The notes: generated by a model not told the origin, from the sequence alone. Shown: positions 33,521 through 43,473, numbered from the stretch's first letter. The stretch: DNA of 64,000 nt from an uncultured delta proteobacterium (GCA_963778115.1 CAVZSV010000001.1:65011-129010), one strand, 5' to 3'. A program made the numbers and translations.

Positions 33521-33892
33521 TAGTATGAGAATACGAAATTTCAGAAAGCCCCCCGAACTTATGACAATGCAAAGGGCAGACCGAACGGAGCTAAATGAGG
33601 AGCTCGAAAAAACATGAGCCGATTCCAGACGATAGGTACGCAAAACACGCGATGTAAAAGGGGGGTATTCTGCGAGAATATGTCGACTGAATACTCACCT
33701 CGTTCCGGGGTATACGGCTCCGTGCCTCTTTCTCTTATCTATGACTCAGGGTCATCCCCGACAGATTTAGCGCATGCGTTGGGAATGATTTGGAGAATGT
33801 TTTTGGCCTAGGAGTTGATACGGGGTGAAGCGACATCCCCAACCATCCATGGGACGATTTGGTTGCGAAACTAAATCAAGAACCTAGGGGGA

Positions 33893-34300
33893 ATGGGGAT
33901 GTCGCCAGTGAAATTCCGTCTTAAGGAGTTGTTGCCAAGTCTTAGTGAGCAAGCCAAGTCCTGTCAGGACCGAGAGGTTAAAAAGAGGCTTTATCTGGTC
34001 AAGGCGATAGCGACGTCTAGGAGATCGATAAAGTCGGCGTGTGATTTTAGAGGAGTAAGTCGGGACCGGTTCTATGAGTGGTCGAAGAGATTGCTCAAGG
34101 GGAAGAGTATTTCGGCTCTAGCCCCGCTGTCCCTAAAGCCCCATCGAAGTCCCCATAAGACAAAATCTCAAATCGAGAAAAAGATAATCGAGCACAGAAA
34201 GGCTCATTCCCCCGGGCGAAAAGGAGCTTAACGGAAAGGTCGAGAATACCCCCAAGTACGACGATTCGGAATTCTACAGCCAACACGATTTGCGAACCTA
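33893..34300 (+). mobile_element. Decayed IS transposase remnant (IS481/IS630-like). An N-terminal HTH fragment is fused out of frame to a C-terminal tail fragment
   Basis: 112-aa ORF with a transposase-type HTH (RRSIKSACDFRGVSRDRFYEWSKR). Downstream, in another frame, ...NENRKTKTLGWRTPGLLLEE resembles the conserved C-terminal tail of rve-type DDE transposases. No intact catalytic core is present. Confidence 0.35.
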
Positions 34301-34609
34301 CATGCAACTCTTCGTGGCAATGAAAAACTATAACTACAACTGGAACGAGAATAGAAAAACCAAAACCCTCGGCTGGAGAACTCCAGGGTTACTCCTAGAG
34401 GAAATCAATACCACGATCCTCATCCTGCTCCAATGCTGCCTGCCAGAGCCGCCAGAAACACCCGTCGAACAAAAAACACAATTGCCCACTAAACCCCAAA
34501 AACCAAAAAACCGAATTATCGCTTGGATGGATTGGGAGGCGGCGCAATACCCCAAGTATGCTTTTCTAGCCGTGTCCGGGATGTCTCAAATTTTTTCAGT
34601 AACACGGGA

Positions 34610-36196
34610 TTACTCGAGTGCCTGGTATAGCATCGGTCGGGCAATCGGCATGGTGAACGAAAAGGTCGAACCTTTCTCTGGCTCAGACTCCACCCAGATT
34701 CGGCCGCCGAAATTCTCCACTATCTTCTTGCAGGTTGCTAGACCTATCCCCATACCCGGATATTCATCCCGTCCGTGTAATCTCTCGAACATGCCGAAAA
34801 CCTTATCGAGATACTCCCGCTCGATGCCTATTCCGTTATCTCTGACGGAAAAAATCCAATGGTCTTCTTTGAGACCGACGGAGATCTCAACCTGCGGGGG
34901 GGTTCCAAGCTTGTGGTATTTGACGGCGTTGCTGATTAAGTTTTGGAATAATTGGCCCAATAGCAATTTATCGCAATAAACCCTTGGTAGTTCTGCGATG
35001 CTGAGGGTTGCCCTTTGTTCCTTAAGGCAAATCGCTAGCGTGGAGAGAACCTGATCCACGACTTTTCGGCAGTCCACTTCCTCACAAACCAGTTTTGCTT
35101 TTCTGCCGATGCGTGAATACTCTAGCAGCGACTTAACAAGGGCGGTCAATCTCTTGGCACCATCCACCGCGTAAAAAAGATATTTTTTTTCTTGTTCATT
35201 TAACTTTCCATCGCAGGAGCGCGATATTAGCTGGCAATAGGTCGATATCATCCGTAGGGGCTCAGCCAAGTCGTGTGCGGCGACTGAGGAGTAATTTTCA
35301 AGCTCCGTATTCGATCTCCCGAGTTCTTCGAGCGCCACTCTCAGCTCCTCTCGGTTTTTTGAAAGCTGGCGGTTGTGGTTTACGAAAAAGAAAAATGAGA
35401 TCACGATGGGCGGAATAAATTCCAAAAATTGAAGCGCCCACCAACGAACGTCCCACAACGACGAAAGGGGTTGAATTACGGCTGCCAAACCGAAGAGCAG
35501 ACAGCAAAGTAGAAGTGAAATGGACTCAGCGTTGGAGACCGCCGTCCGCATTCTTAAAAATGCCGCAGAAAAAAACAGAACCGCAGCACAACCCCCGAGC
35601 ATTCCGGATACCCACGTGAATTGTCCGGCAATGAGGATGGGAGGAAGCAGATCGGGAAAAGCACAAGCGATACTTCCAAATGCCATTGCCAGTGCCAGTG
35701 CCAGAACCAGGGCCAAACGACGTTTTCTAATGCTGTTATCACTCGATATCGGTAGCCAGGCCACTAAAAAGGAAAAGCCCAACGCGACCGAACTTATCCG
35801 ATGGAGCCAGGTGACCTTGACCATGTCTTCGGTGACCCCTGCCATGAGCCTAAGTAGGGCCACCAGCCCAAGCGCAAACGCAATCGTCGAAACGCTGGGA
35901 TTTCCCTCATTCTGAAGTCTCTGACTAAGAAACAAGAGCACTGCGGTTGTGAAAATAGTTACCGCCGCCGCTTCGTCCAAAATGGAGTCGAGACGCGCGT
36001 TCTCCCAGTTCCCATTAGGAAGCAAGAGCAGGGTTACCAAAAATAAGACAACCACCGAGACGACACAGGCAAGGGGATTCCCTCGAATTAGTTGGCGAAT
36101 GCCTGTCTTAAGACGCCCAAGGGCAGCGGTCTTCGTCGAGAGAATTGGCCTTTGGATCGCTGGACTGCAACCATTATGGCTCAAGATTTTTACCAC
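34610..36196 (-). CDS. Membrane-integrated sensor histidine kinase (~8 TM N-terminal domain)
   Basis: H-box SSVAAHDLAEPLRMISTY. HATPase_c motifs DNGIGIE and GMGIGLATCKKIVENFGGRIWVESEPEKGSTFSF. Long hydrophobic N-terminus. Confidence 0.85.
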   Translation of the reverse strand: MVKILSHNGCSPAIQRPILSTKTAALGRLKTGIRQLIRGNPLACVVSVVVLFLVTLLLLPNGNWENARLDSILDEAAAVTIFTTAVLLFLSQRLQNEGNPSVSTIAFALGLVALLRLMAGVTEDMVKVTWLHRISSVALGFSFLVAWLPISSDNSIRKRRLALVLALALAMAFGSIACAFPDLLPPILIAGQFTWVSGMLGGCAAVLFFSAAFLRMRTAVSNAESISLLLCCLLFGLAAVIQPLSSLWDVRWWALQFLEFIPPIVISFFFFVNHNRQLSKNREELRVALEELGRSNTELENYSSVAAHDLAEPLRMISTYCQLISRSCDGKLNEQEKKYLFYAVDGAKRLTALVKSLLEYSRIGRKAKLVCEEVDCRKVVDQVLSTLAICLKEQRATLSIAELPRVYCDKLLLGQLFQNLISNAVKYHKLGTPPQVEISVGLKEDHWIFSVRDNGIGIEREYLDKVFGMFERLHGRDEYPGMGIGLATCKKIVENFGGRIWVESEPEKGSTFSFTMPIARPMLYQALE

Positions 36197-36395
36197 TTAC
36201 CCTCTCTCCAATCCGCTGACAAGCGCCCTGGGAACCTGGACCTGTCGCGTTTTAACACTGAAGCGCGGAAGATAAAAGAGGTTGCGACACGCAAGTCGAC
36301 GCGCTCGGGGAAATAAAGAGGTGGCCAAATGGCTCTTCGAAGTCCTATGATATATAAGGCTTTTGCCTATCTTTTCTGATGAGGGGCCGAAATAA

Positions 36396-36830
36396 ATGAA
36401 GGACTCAAGACCCGTTGAAGTACTGTTGGTAGAGGATAACCCTGGCGATATTGGGCTCTTGCGCGAAGCGTTCAAACACGTCAAGGCACCGATGAAACTC
36501 AATGTGGTCGGGGATGGCGAAAAGGCGATGGCATTTCTTAAAAGAACCGGATCGAACAAGAATGCTCCCGTGCCGGATCTGGTTCTGCTTGATCTTAAGC
36601 TTCCCAAAAAAGGCGGCCATGAAGTGTTAAAAGAGATAAAAGGCGACGAAGGTTTAAAAGCGATCCCGGTGTTGATTGTAACGACTTCGCAGTCTAAGGA
36701 TGACGTTCGATTGTCTTATCAAAATCATGCGAACGCGTATGTAACCAAGCCTGGAGACTTGGATGAATTCATGCAAGTCGCTAAGGCGATTGATGAGTTT
36801 TGGTTTCGGACCGCCGCACACCCCCACTAA
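36396..36830 (+). CDS. Single-domain response regulator (CheY-like receiver)
   Basis: LLVEDNPGD, then LVLLDLKLP (phospho-acceptor Asp), then a T-loop and a K at KPGDLDEF. It sits divergent from the histidine kinase. Confidence 0.85.
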   Translation: MKDSRPVEVLLVEDNPGDIGLLREAFKHVKAPMKLNVVGDGEKAMAFLKRTGSNKNAPVPDLVLLDLKLPKKGGHEVLKEIKGDEGLKAIPVLIVTTSQSKDDVRLSYQNHANAYVTKPGDLDEFMQVAKAIDEFWFRTAAHPH

Positions 36831-36993
36831 AGTAAATCTGAATGACTTGGACCTAGACGGGTGGATTTTGGTCCCCAGCAGTCTCACCAAAATCGAGTAG
36901 TTCGCCATAACGGACACCCCATTCCACATCGGTAACGCTACGTTCGCGGCTCAAGTGGACGAATTTCAAACTTGATGCTATCCCCTACTCAGC

Positions 36994-37425
36994 ATGAATG
37001 AAGAAGGCCGAAAACCTATTATGTTTGAGTTTGACGTTGACGTACGCTTTGCAGAGCTCGATTTTTACGGCCACGTCAATCTCAGTAAGTATTTGGATAT
37101 TGTCGTTACCTCGCGATTTCTTTATTTAGAGCGTGTCCTAAAAATCTCCCTCGCCGAAACGGCAAAGGCGGGTGTTGCCTTCTATACGGCCAAAGCGTTC
37201 CAAGAATTTTTACGCCCGATTAAAGGTCTTCAAAGAGTGCGCGTGAAATCGTTCGTCGAAAAGGTCAACGACACTCGTTTGGAAGTTCCCTATGAGATAT
37301 ACGACGCCCAGGGAAAGGTTCTTTATTCCAAAGGGCTTCTGACCTTCGCCATTATGGATCTTAAGACCAACCGACCTTGCCCTCTTCCCGACTCGGCTAA
37401 AGATTGGCTTTTTGAGAAAAACTAA
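36994..37425 (+). CDS. Hotdog-fold (4HBT/YbgC-like) acyl-CoA thioesterase
   Basis: FEFDVDVRFAELDFYGHVNLSKYLDIV is the 4HBT N-terminal pattern. The protein is 143 aa. Confidence 0.55.
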   Translation: MNEEGRKPIMFEFDVDVRFAELDFYGHVNLSKYLDIVVTSRFLYLERVLKISLAETAKAGVAFYTAKAFQEFLRPIKGLQRVRVKSFVEKVNDTRLEVPYEIYDAQGKVLYSKGLLTFAIMDLKTNRPCPLPDSAKDWLFEKN

Positions 37426-37596
37426 GTTCGCTGCAACAACACGCCCAACCCGATACTGACTGCAAACGAGTGAAGCCAGCTTTATAGTTCATGATGCACT
37501 TCGTTTGGGTAGGTCTTTCTCACCTGAAGGATTCCAACCAATTTTTCGTTGTCAGCCATCATAGCTTTTCTTTCTACGCTTTCATTGTCTTGAAGC

Positions 37597-40020
37597 TCAC
37601 TCAATTCTCCTTCCCCCCTCTTCCGTCATCGGCGGCGTGTTGACCGCATTTCCCATTCGCAGCAAGTCTTGGATCAGAAACGGACGGTTGGCACTTTTCC
37701 TTGGTAGTGGCGGACCTAAGTCAATTCCATTACGCAAATGGACGGTTGCCTGCCCTTCGTCGTCAATGGTGACGATGGCAAGCATCCAATCGGCGTCGTC
37801 TAAATGATCGTGGGCGAAGTTTACTTCGGTTGGATAAAAAACTACCGTTCCGTTGGGATCAGAACTGCTTTTAACCTCGATGTGCATCTTGCGTTGGTGT
37901 TGGGAATCCGTGACCAATACGTCATAACCCATTTGGTCCTGAGTGCGGTTGTAAGTGACTAAATTTTGCTGTTCTAAGACACCCCGAACGGCCTCCACAC
38001 TTATCTCTTCCATCGCCGAACGATAGGCGCCTGTTTGCTTTCCATTTCCCCGGGCTGATTTCAATCGATTCACCAAATGGGAGGAAGTAGGCATCGCTTT
38101 TATCGCGAAGGGATCTTCTTCTTCCGCAGGCTCGGAGAGGATCTTGGTCTTAGGCGTCGAAGATCGTAGACTGAGTCGATTAAGTGGGATCTTTGGCATC
38201 TCCCTCATGCTTTGCAGCCATTCCGCTTCGTTTTCGGGCGTCGGGTCCACCAAATAATTCCTAGCCGACTCTGCAATCCTAGCGAGAGGCTCATCCAACG
38301 GTGAAATAATTCCGTGGGCGACATCCACCGAACGTTGGATTCCTCGAAGCAAGCGCAAGAGATCCTCTTTTGCTTCGACGGGGATCGCGGTGGTTTTCTC
38401 ACTGTTAGGAATTTTTCTAAGACGAGCAAGAACTGGAGCTAGGTCGCGCCCGTTTGCGGGAAACTGAATGTTAACTATTCCGTTCGTTAACTCGATCATA
38501 GGGCGCTCTTTGTCGAGCTCAGAAAGGTGAATGCCGCCGCTGATACCTCCATTGCTCGCCGGAGGAGGAGTAAAGAGAATTCCAGTTCCCGTATTGGTGA
38601 CCGACCATTGCCCGTTGTGGATATCGATCCCCCCTGCTAACGATTTGGTAAAGCGGGCGGTCAGATTTTGGAACCCGGGGGCGGCTGCGACCGCCTTGGC
38701 TGTGCTTAACCGTGCATTGAAAGCGGCATCTGCAGAACGTGCGGCAAGATAGCGTTTCAAATGCGTATCGGACTGCTCGGCCATCCTGAGAAGACCTCGA
38801 AAGGCAACATCAGTAGCCATGGGAATTTCCAGTGTGGTCGGAGAAGTATCTCCTAGGGGAACAATGTTTCCACGGAAAGGGGTAGGAGTTCCTGAATTTT
38901 GCATTCCCACAACCTGTACCATCCGTAATTGAAGAGGGGTGTTAAGATGGTCTTCTCTGCCAAAAAGTAGGAACTGCGGTGCCACAATAAAATTTCCCAA
39001 CCGGTCGACGTAGGCATAATTCCATTTCGCGGCGTGGGGAGAAAAAATGGCGCGACGCTGCCCTCGGAGAGGGTCACTTTCGCCAATATTGTGGACTTTG
39101 ATAACTAAGCGGCCGACTTCGGTGGCGTCATCCTCAAAAAATTCGAGCGCCGGATATTTCTTTCCTTGGATCTCTATCGTCGTCTCCTGGAATTTAAGGC
39201 CCAGACGTTGCGCGAGGCTAAGACCGGCGCGATAGGCCGCGCTTCCGATGCGCTGGACCTCCTCGGGCGACGCCGCTCCGGTAATGGCCTCGATATTTTG
39301 AAATTCGGCAAATTTAGCCAGGATAGCCATTTCTAGTTCCTGGTTGTGTTTCTCTAACTCCGATAGCTCCTCACGAAGTCGGGCGAGCTTGTCTGGCTTT
39401 TTTCCCGAACGAGTGAGATTAAAAATGACGTCTCGAATTCCTCGAATTCGCTCTTGGGTTTCGGCTAAGAATTGACCCTCAGTGGAGATGAAAGCCGCCG
39501 CCATCCGTGCAGTGGCGACGCGAAGATTTTCGGGATCGACATATTTGCCCGGCCTTCGATTTTTCGCGACCAAGTCAAACATGATCGGTTTAGCGGCATC
39601 CTTGAGGCGATCGGCTTCCGCTTCTGTTAGGTGTGCGGGAGGGACCTGGTAGGTCAAAGGGTCAACGCCCAAAGGGTGGATTTTAGTCCAAGCGATCTCA
39701 AAGTCTGGGTATCTGGGGAGATCAACAAATAACTTAATTTGGTGGATCGCTTGCAGCGCCATGTTTGGCATCATATGAAAGGGCATGCTGTTGGGTGTTG
39801 AGGCGACGACCTCGAGGGGATCGTCGTAAATTTCTTGAAATCGGCAAAGGGCTGCGAAACATGCGGGGTCAATGCCTGCGGGGACAGTTGTGGTTGAAAG
39901 ACATGATGGTTTTTCTAGATCTCCAGCGGCGAATGCTGAGGGAATACGGCAGAGAGACAAGACAACGCTGGCGACAAAACCGTAGACGAAAGGTGTGACA
40001 AATTTCGGGTATCGATGCAC
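37597..40020 (-). CDS. Large (807 aa) exported hypothetical protein with a C-terminal DUF3883-like (PD-(D/E)xK restriction-endonuclease-like) domain
   Basis: N-terminal hydrophobic signal-like segment. The C-terminus (AYRSAMEEISVEAV...GYDVLVTDSQHQRKMHIEVKSS...) follows the DUF3883 consensus (GYDI...IEVKtT). Confidence 0.5.
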   Translation of the reverse strand: MHRYPKFVTPFVYGFVASVVLSLCRIPSAFAAGDLEKPSCLSTTTVPAGIDPACFAALCRFQEIYDDPLEVVASTPNSMPFHMMPNMALQAIHQIKLFVDLPRYPDFEIAWTKIHPLGVDPLTYQVPPAHLTEAEADRLKDAAKPIMFDLVAKNRRPGKYVDPENLRVATARMAAAFISTEGQFLAETQERIRGIRDVIFNLTRSGKKPDKLARLREELSELEKHNQELEMAILAKFAEFQNIEAITGAASPEEVQRIGSAAYRAGLSLAQRLGLKFQETTIEIQGKKYPALEFFEDDATEVGRLVIKVHNIGESDPLRGQRRAIFSPHAAKWNYAYVDRLGNFIVAPQFLLFGREDHLNTPLQLRMVQVVGMQNSGTPTPFRGNIVPLGDTSPTTLEIPMATDVAFRGLLRMAEQSDTHLKRYLAARSADAAFNARLSTAKAVAAAPGFQNLTARFTKSLAGGIDIHNGQWSVTNTGTGILFTPPPASNGGISGGIHLSELDKERPMIELTNGIVNIQFPANGRDLAPVLARLRKIPNSEKTTAIPVEAKEDLLRLLRGIQRSVDVAHGIISPLDEPLARIAESARNYLVDPTPENEAEWLQSMREMPKIPLNRLSLRSSTPKTKILSEPAEEEDPFAIKAMPTSSHLVNRLKSARGNGKQTGAYRSAMEEISVEAVRGVLEQQNLVTYNRTQDQMGYDVLVTDSQHQRKMHIEVKSSSDPNGTVVFYPTEVNFAHDHLDDADWMLAIVTIDDEGQATVHLRNGIDLGPPLPRKSANRPFLIQDLLRMGNAVNTPPMTEEGGRRIE

Positions 40021-40125
40021 CGGTAGGCAGTCCTCCGCGTATTACTTCTGACAGCCTTGGAAGTATGCAAACGCCGTTCCTGAATAAGGCTCTAGTGAAT
40101 CCTTGAATTCCCTCAGTTAACGTGA

Positions 40126-40944
40126 TCAAAGCAGCGATCGCGGAAATTCCACGGCATCGATCACAAGATAAGCGTTATTAACGCTCGGTTTAAGAGTGAG
40201 GACGTAGTGTCCGGTCTTTAACTTGGCCCCCACTTGGGCCGAGTATGGGACAGCCAGGTGACAAACGCCGCCCGCCGCTAATACTACGGCGTCGCCCTGC
40301 TGGCGCCACACGTTTCCACCACTACTTTTTTCGTTGAAGAACTTAGTCAAAATGGGTGCGATGGCACTATTACATTCCCCTTTGGAAGCGCTGTTACCGA
40401 GCGAAAGTAACTTCAAAGCACTCTGCGCGACGACCGAGGGAGTATCATCCGACTTGGCCCAGTTAAAAGCCACTGAATAGCTGGTCTCGATCTCGGCGAA
40501 GTAGTTCATTCGAAAACTAACTTCAGATTCACTATCGGGAGTCGCAATGATGTATTCCCAGCCCGTGTGAGGCTCTAAATTTCCCTTGGCCCGATTATTT
40601 GCGGGTATTTCCGACCAAAGATAGGGCACAAGCAGATGGCAGCTATTTCCACGAGCAACGATCGATGCCTCGCCGTTCTGTAGGAACCTGCACTGCTTTG
40701 CAGGACAAAACGCTGCATAGTTTTGACAATTCTTCATTAGGTCAGACGCGTTCTTATAGCCATCATGTTGATGGTAGTATTTGGCCTCTTTTGAAAATAG
40801 CGACACGTAGCCATTGCAATCCTGCCCTAGGCTCGAGAAGAGCTTGTGAAGAAGCGGAGCCATATCCTTCGTCGAACAAGGAACAGCCATTACCGACGGT
40901 CCAACAACGCCGAGTGCAAATAAAGCTAAAGCAAATAAGCGCAT
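40126..40944 (-). CDS. Secreted Cys-rich hypothetical protein
   Basis: Signal peptide (MRLFALALFALGVVGPSVMA) and multiple Cys residues. Confidence 0.45.
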   Translation of the reverse strand: MRLFALALFALGVVGPSVMAVPCSTKDMAPLLHKLFSSLGQDCNGYVSLFSKEAKYYHQHDGYKNASDLMKNCQNYAAFCPAKQCRFLQNGEASIVARGNSCHLLVPYLWSEIPANNRAKGNLEPHTGWEYIIATPDSESEVSFRMNYFAEIETSYSVAFNWAKSDDTPSVVAQSALKLLSLGNSASKGECNSAIAPILTKFFNEKSSGGNVWRQQGDAVVLAAGGVCHLAVPYSAQVGAKLKTGHYVLTLKPSVNNAYLVIDAVEFPRSLL

Positions 40945-40983
40945 ATAAATCTTTCCCTCTCCCCTTACTTATCCGAAAATTAG

Positions 40984-41078
40984 AAGGTGTCACTCTCCTT
41001 TCGGGCCCTTTAGGAACGGGTCACCCAATAGGCAATATGACCCGTACCTTTTGAGCCCGCTGGGAGAGTGACACTTTT
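40984..41078. repeat. ~95-bp imperfect palindromic (MITE/REP-like) element, copy 1
   Basis: GTGTCACTCTCC...GGGAGAGTGACAC outer arms with long inner arms. It forms a ~45-bp stem. Confidence 0.75.
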
Positions 41079-41110
41079 CGGACTATAATTAGTCGTAAAG
41101 GAGACTACCT

Positions 41111-41494
41111 ATGCAAACTAAAATACAGCTTGTGGTTCGAGTACTTCTTGGAGCCCTGTTTCTTTTTGGGGGTATCGCCTTCTTCTTTACGACACCTCCC
41201 GCGCTGACCGGCGACATGGCTACCTATTTTGCCGGTCTCGTTGCTTCCCACTATTTCTTTTACCTTCTTAAATTTAGCGAGATCGTGGTGGGTGCGTTCC
41301 TCGTTTCAGGCTTTTTCGTTCCCCTGGCCTTAGTTATCCTTGCTCCTATTTCCCTTAACATCCTTCTCGTTCACATCTTCTTAGAACCTAAAGGCCTTCC
41401 CACGGCTATAGCAATAGCGATCGCTGTTGTTTACCTCGGGTTTTTCTCCCCCAGCTACAGTCCCGTACTAAGAAAATTGTTTGTTCCCAAGTGA
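41111..41494 (+). CDS. Small 4-TM membrane protein of unknown function
   Basis: 127-aa ORF that is almost entirely hydrophobic. It is flanked on both sides by the palindromic elements. Confidence 0.5.
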   Translation: MQTKIQLVVRVLLGALFLFGGIAFFFTTPPALTGDMATYFAGLVASHYFFYLLKFSEIVVGAFLVSGFFVPLALVILAPISLNILLVHIFLEPKGLPTAIAIAIAVVYLGFFSPSYSPVLRKLFVPK

Positions 41495-41513
41495 GTGGAA
41501 CAACAAGAAGGCA

Positions 41514-41612
41514 AGAAGGTGTCACTCTCCTAGCGGGCTCAAAAGGTACGGGTCATACTCAAACTCCAATATGACCCGTTCCAAAAGGGCCCGCTAGGAG
41601 AGTGACACTTCT
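41514..41612. repeat. ~100-bp palindromic element, copy 2, in inverted orientation relative to copy 1
   Basis: It shares the arms AAGGTGTCACTCTCCTAGCGGGCTCAAAAGGTACGGGTCA / TGACCCGTTCCAAAAGGGCCCGCTAGGAGAGTGACACTT with copy 1. Confidence 0.75.
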
Positions 41613-41663
41613 TAGGGTCATCGATCTTCCTATGGTGTCGCCTGTGCATATAGGAGGTCATTC

Positions 41664-42062
41664 ATGCAGCAACAAGAAACAAATGGACCGAAATCCGGTC
41701 GCTTCGAGTTTCAAAAGTGGTCCGTCTATCAAAGGGCACTTCTTTTCGTGAAGGCAAGTTTTCGACTTTGCGATAGGTTCCCTAAACAATCGGTAACTGG
41801 ATTGCGAGATCAGTTTCGTAGAGCGAGTCAGTCTATTCCTCTAAATATTGCGGAAGGCTGTTCGAGATATTCTTCTAAGGATAAGGCAAATTTTTGGAGA
41901 GTAGCTAAGGGTTCGGTGTTTGAGTGTGTAGCGATTTTGGATTTGGTAAGGACGATGGAATTGGTGGAAGAAGGTATCGATGATTTGGAAATTGAGTTGG
42001 AGCATTTGGGGAAGATGTTGTCGGGGTTGATTCGATTTATTGAGACTAATCCGAGGAAATAA
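41664..42062 (+). CDS. Four-helix-bundle protein (23S rRNA intervening-sequence protein family, TIGR02436; Avd-like fold)
   Basis: YQRALLFVKASFRLCDRFPK...RDQFRRASQSIPLNIAEG...FWRVAKGSVFECVAILDL is the characteristic family pattern. Confidence 0.85.
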   Translation: MQQQETNGPKSGRFEFQKWSVYQRALLFVKASFRLCDRFPKQSVTGLRDQFRRASQSIPLNIAEGCSRYSSKDKANFWRVAKGSVFECVAILDLVRTMELVEEGIDDLEIELEHLGKMLSGLIRFIETNPRK

Positions 42063-42203
42063 GAGTCCGATGGCGGGACGCAAATTTGATGGAACCTAGG
42101 TTGAGAGGGTTTGGAATTTTCACAACATTAACCGGCTACGCCGGGCTGGAGGTTAAGATTAAACTTAAGGGTAACCTTAATAGTTATGGCGGGGCGGACG
42201 GGG
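41924..42203 (+). repeat. 280-bp direct repeat, copy A. It covers the 3' end of the four-helix-bundle gene plus 140 bp downstream, and ends in the 17-bp core ATGGCGGGGCGGACGGG (42186-42202)
   Basis: About 97% identical to 49588-49867. Confidence 0.85.
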
Positions 42204-42322
42204 CGCGTTAGGCGTGATCCGCGAAGTTGAAGAGATCGTTCGAAAATAACAAATGACGACGAGACACTCGTGTTTCGCGACTGAACGAAACTGCACCGAA
42301 ATGAAAGAGATCACCATGTCAT

Positions 42323-42347
42323 GTCCCGAAACGTCCCGATCGGGACC
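42323..42347. promoter_or_regulatory. GTCCCGAAACGTCCCGATCGGGAC. A direct-plus-inverted GTCCC(R) repeat cluster, boundary element copy A
   Basis: Two direct GTCCCGA copies plus the palindrome GTCCCGATCGGGAC, located ~120 bp downstream of the 17-bp core. Confidence 0.5.
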
Positions 42348-42583
42348 GCATTAAAACGGTCTCGGTTGGACTTCGGGATACGTTTTTTCCTTTTCTGCCC
42401 GCCAACTTTTCAAGACCACATTTGAAAGGAATGAGTATGAAACTCTTTCAGTGGATAGGAAGCCTAATGGCCATCGCTTGCCTTATGGAAATTGCTCACA
42501 ACCCCAGGTACTTAATGACACTCAACAAGGGCCAGCACCACACTTGACTCGGTTTAACGACGAACTGGTAAAGGGAGGAATGA

Positions 42584-42955
42584 CTATCTCTTCCGGTTGC
42601 TCTCTACATAATGGAAGATCTCTGGCAAACACTTATCGAAAACATCGGTGATGTCGATGCCGTAGATCCTTTTCGCACGGGCAATAATTTTCTTGCGGTA
42701 GGCTTCGTACGGTTTTTTACCTGCGGGCCCAAAGTCGAAAATAGTAGACCGGTCGGTAATGAGCGCCTCTGGGTGTTTGAGAACATGGAGCAAGAAATGG
42801 TCTGCGATGTCCGAGACGAAATTAAGCTTCTCTTGTGAAGCAACAACGACCGTTTGTCCTTTAAACGGTCCTTTGTCTAGCTTGAACGGAGGAAACTTGT
42901 CATCGATGCGTCTCTTCTTCATGGCAGCAAACCTTGCTACAAACTGGGGAAGCAA
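42584..42955 (-). CDS. Hypothetical protein
   Basis: 123-aa ORF with no recognised domain. It is the first gene inside module 1. Confidence 0.3.
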   Translation of the reverse strand: MLPQFVARFAAMKKRRIDDKFPPFKLDKGPFKGQTVVVASQEKLNFVSDIADHFLLHVLKHPEALITDRSTIFDFGPAGKKPYEAYRKKIIARAKRIYGIDITDVFDKCLPEIFHYVESNRKR

Positions 42956-43137
42956 TCAATGAAAAGCCATCGGTGTGACGCTCCCCTATTACCCTGGCGT
43001 ACCGTTCCTCTCGGAGGCATAATCACCGAGCCAGGAGATCGATCGCGAGCTATTTATTAACTATCTGAAATTACAAAAGTATTCGGTTACCGGTAAATTA
43101 CTTCTTATGCTAATATTGGCGTCGTGGAGAATGGATC

Positions 43138-43401
43138 ATGAAAGAATTGAAAAACAAACCTGAAGAAACGAAGGAGCCATCGCTTTACGAACAGGCGATG
43201 CGGGCTAAGCCGCGATTTGACTCAAAAGAAGAAGCGATCGAATTCTATACAAATAAATTAAATGCACTTGCCTCAAAGCGAGTGACTACAGTTCCGAAAA
43301 TACTTACTGAAGCAGAAACATCTCCTGTCTTTGATGAAGATTTTCTGGAAGCTCGCAATCTTTGGAACTCTCTCTCTAGCGTGAAGGCTCTCTCGAAGTA
43401 A
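43138..43401 (+). CDS. Hypothetical small protein
   Basis: 87-aa ORF. Confidence 0.25.
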   Translation: MKELKNKPEETKEPSLYEQAMRAKPRFDSKEEAIEFYTNKLNALASKRVTTVPKILTEAETSPVFDEDFLEARNLWNSLSSVKALSK

Positions 43402-43473
43402 TCCATGGCATGGGCCGATCTAGTCTTCTTGCGAGTCGCTTGCGCAGTGTTGGTTTGCTTGCAACTTGGTTCA

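Noticed and set aside
34290-34979. 229-aa +-strand ORF, and 56479-56673, containing 'STQIRPPKxSTIFLQ…PIPxPGYSS' peptides
   Set aside because: These are antisense shadow ORFs of the HATPase_c regions of the histidine kinase genes 34610-36196 and 56433-57959. Their similarity to each other only reflects the conserved kinase motifs on the other strand.
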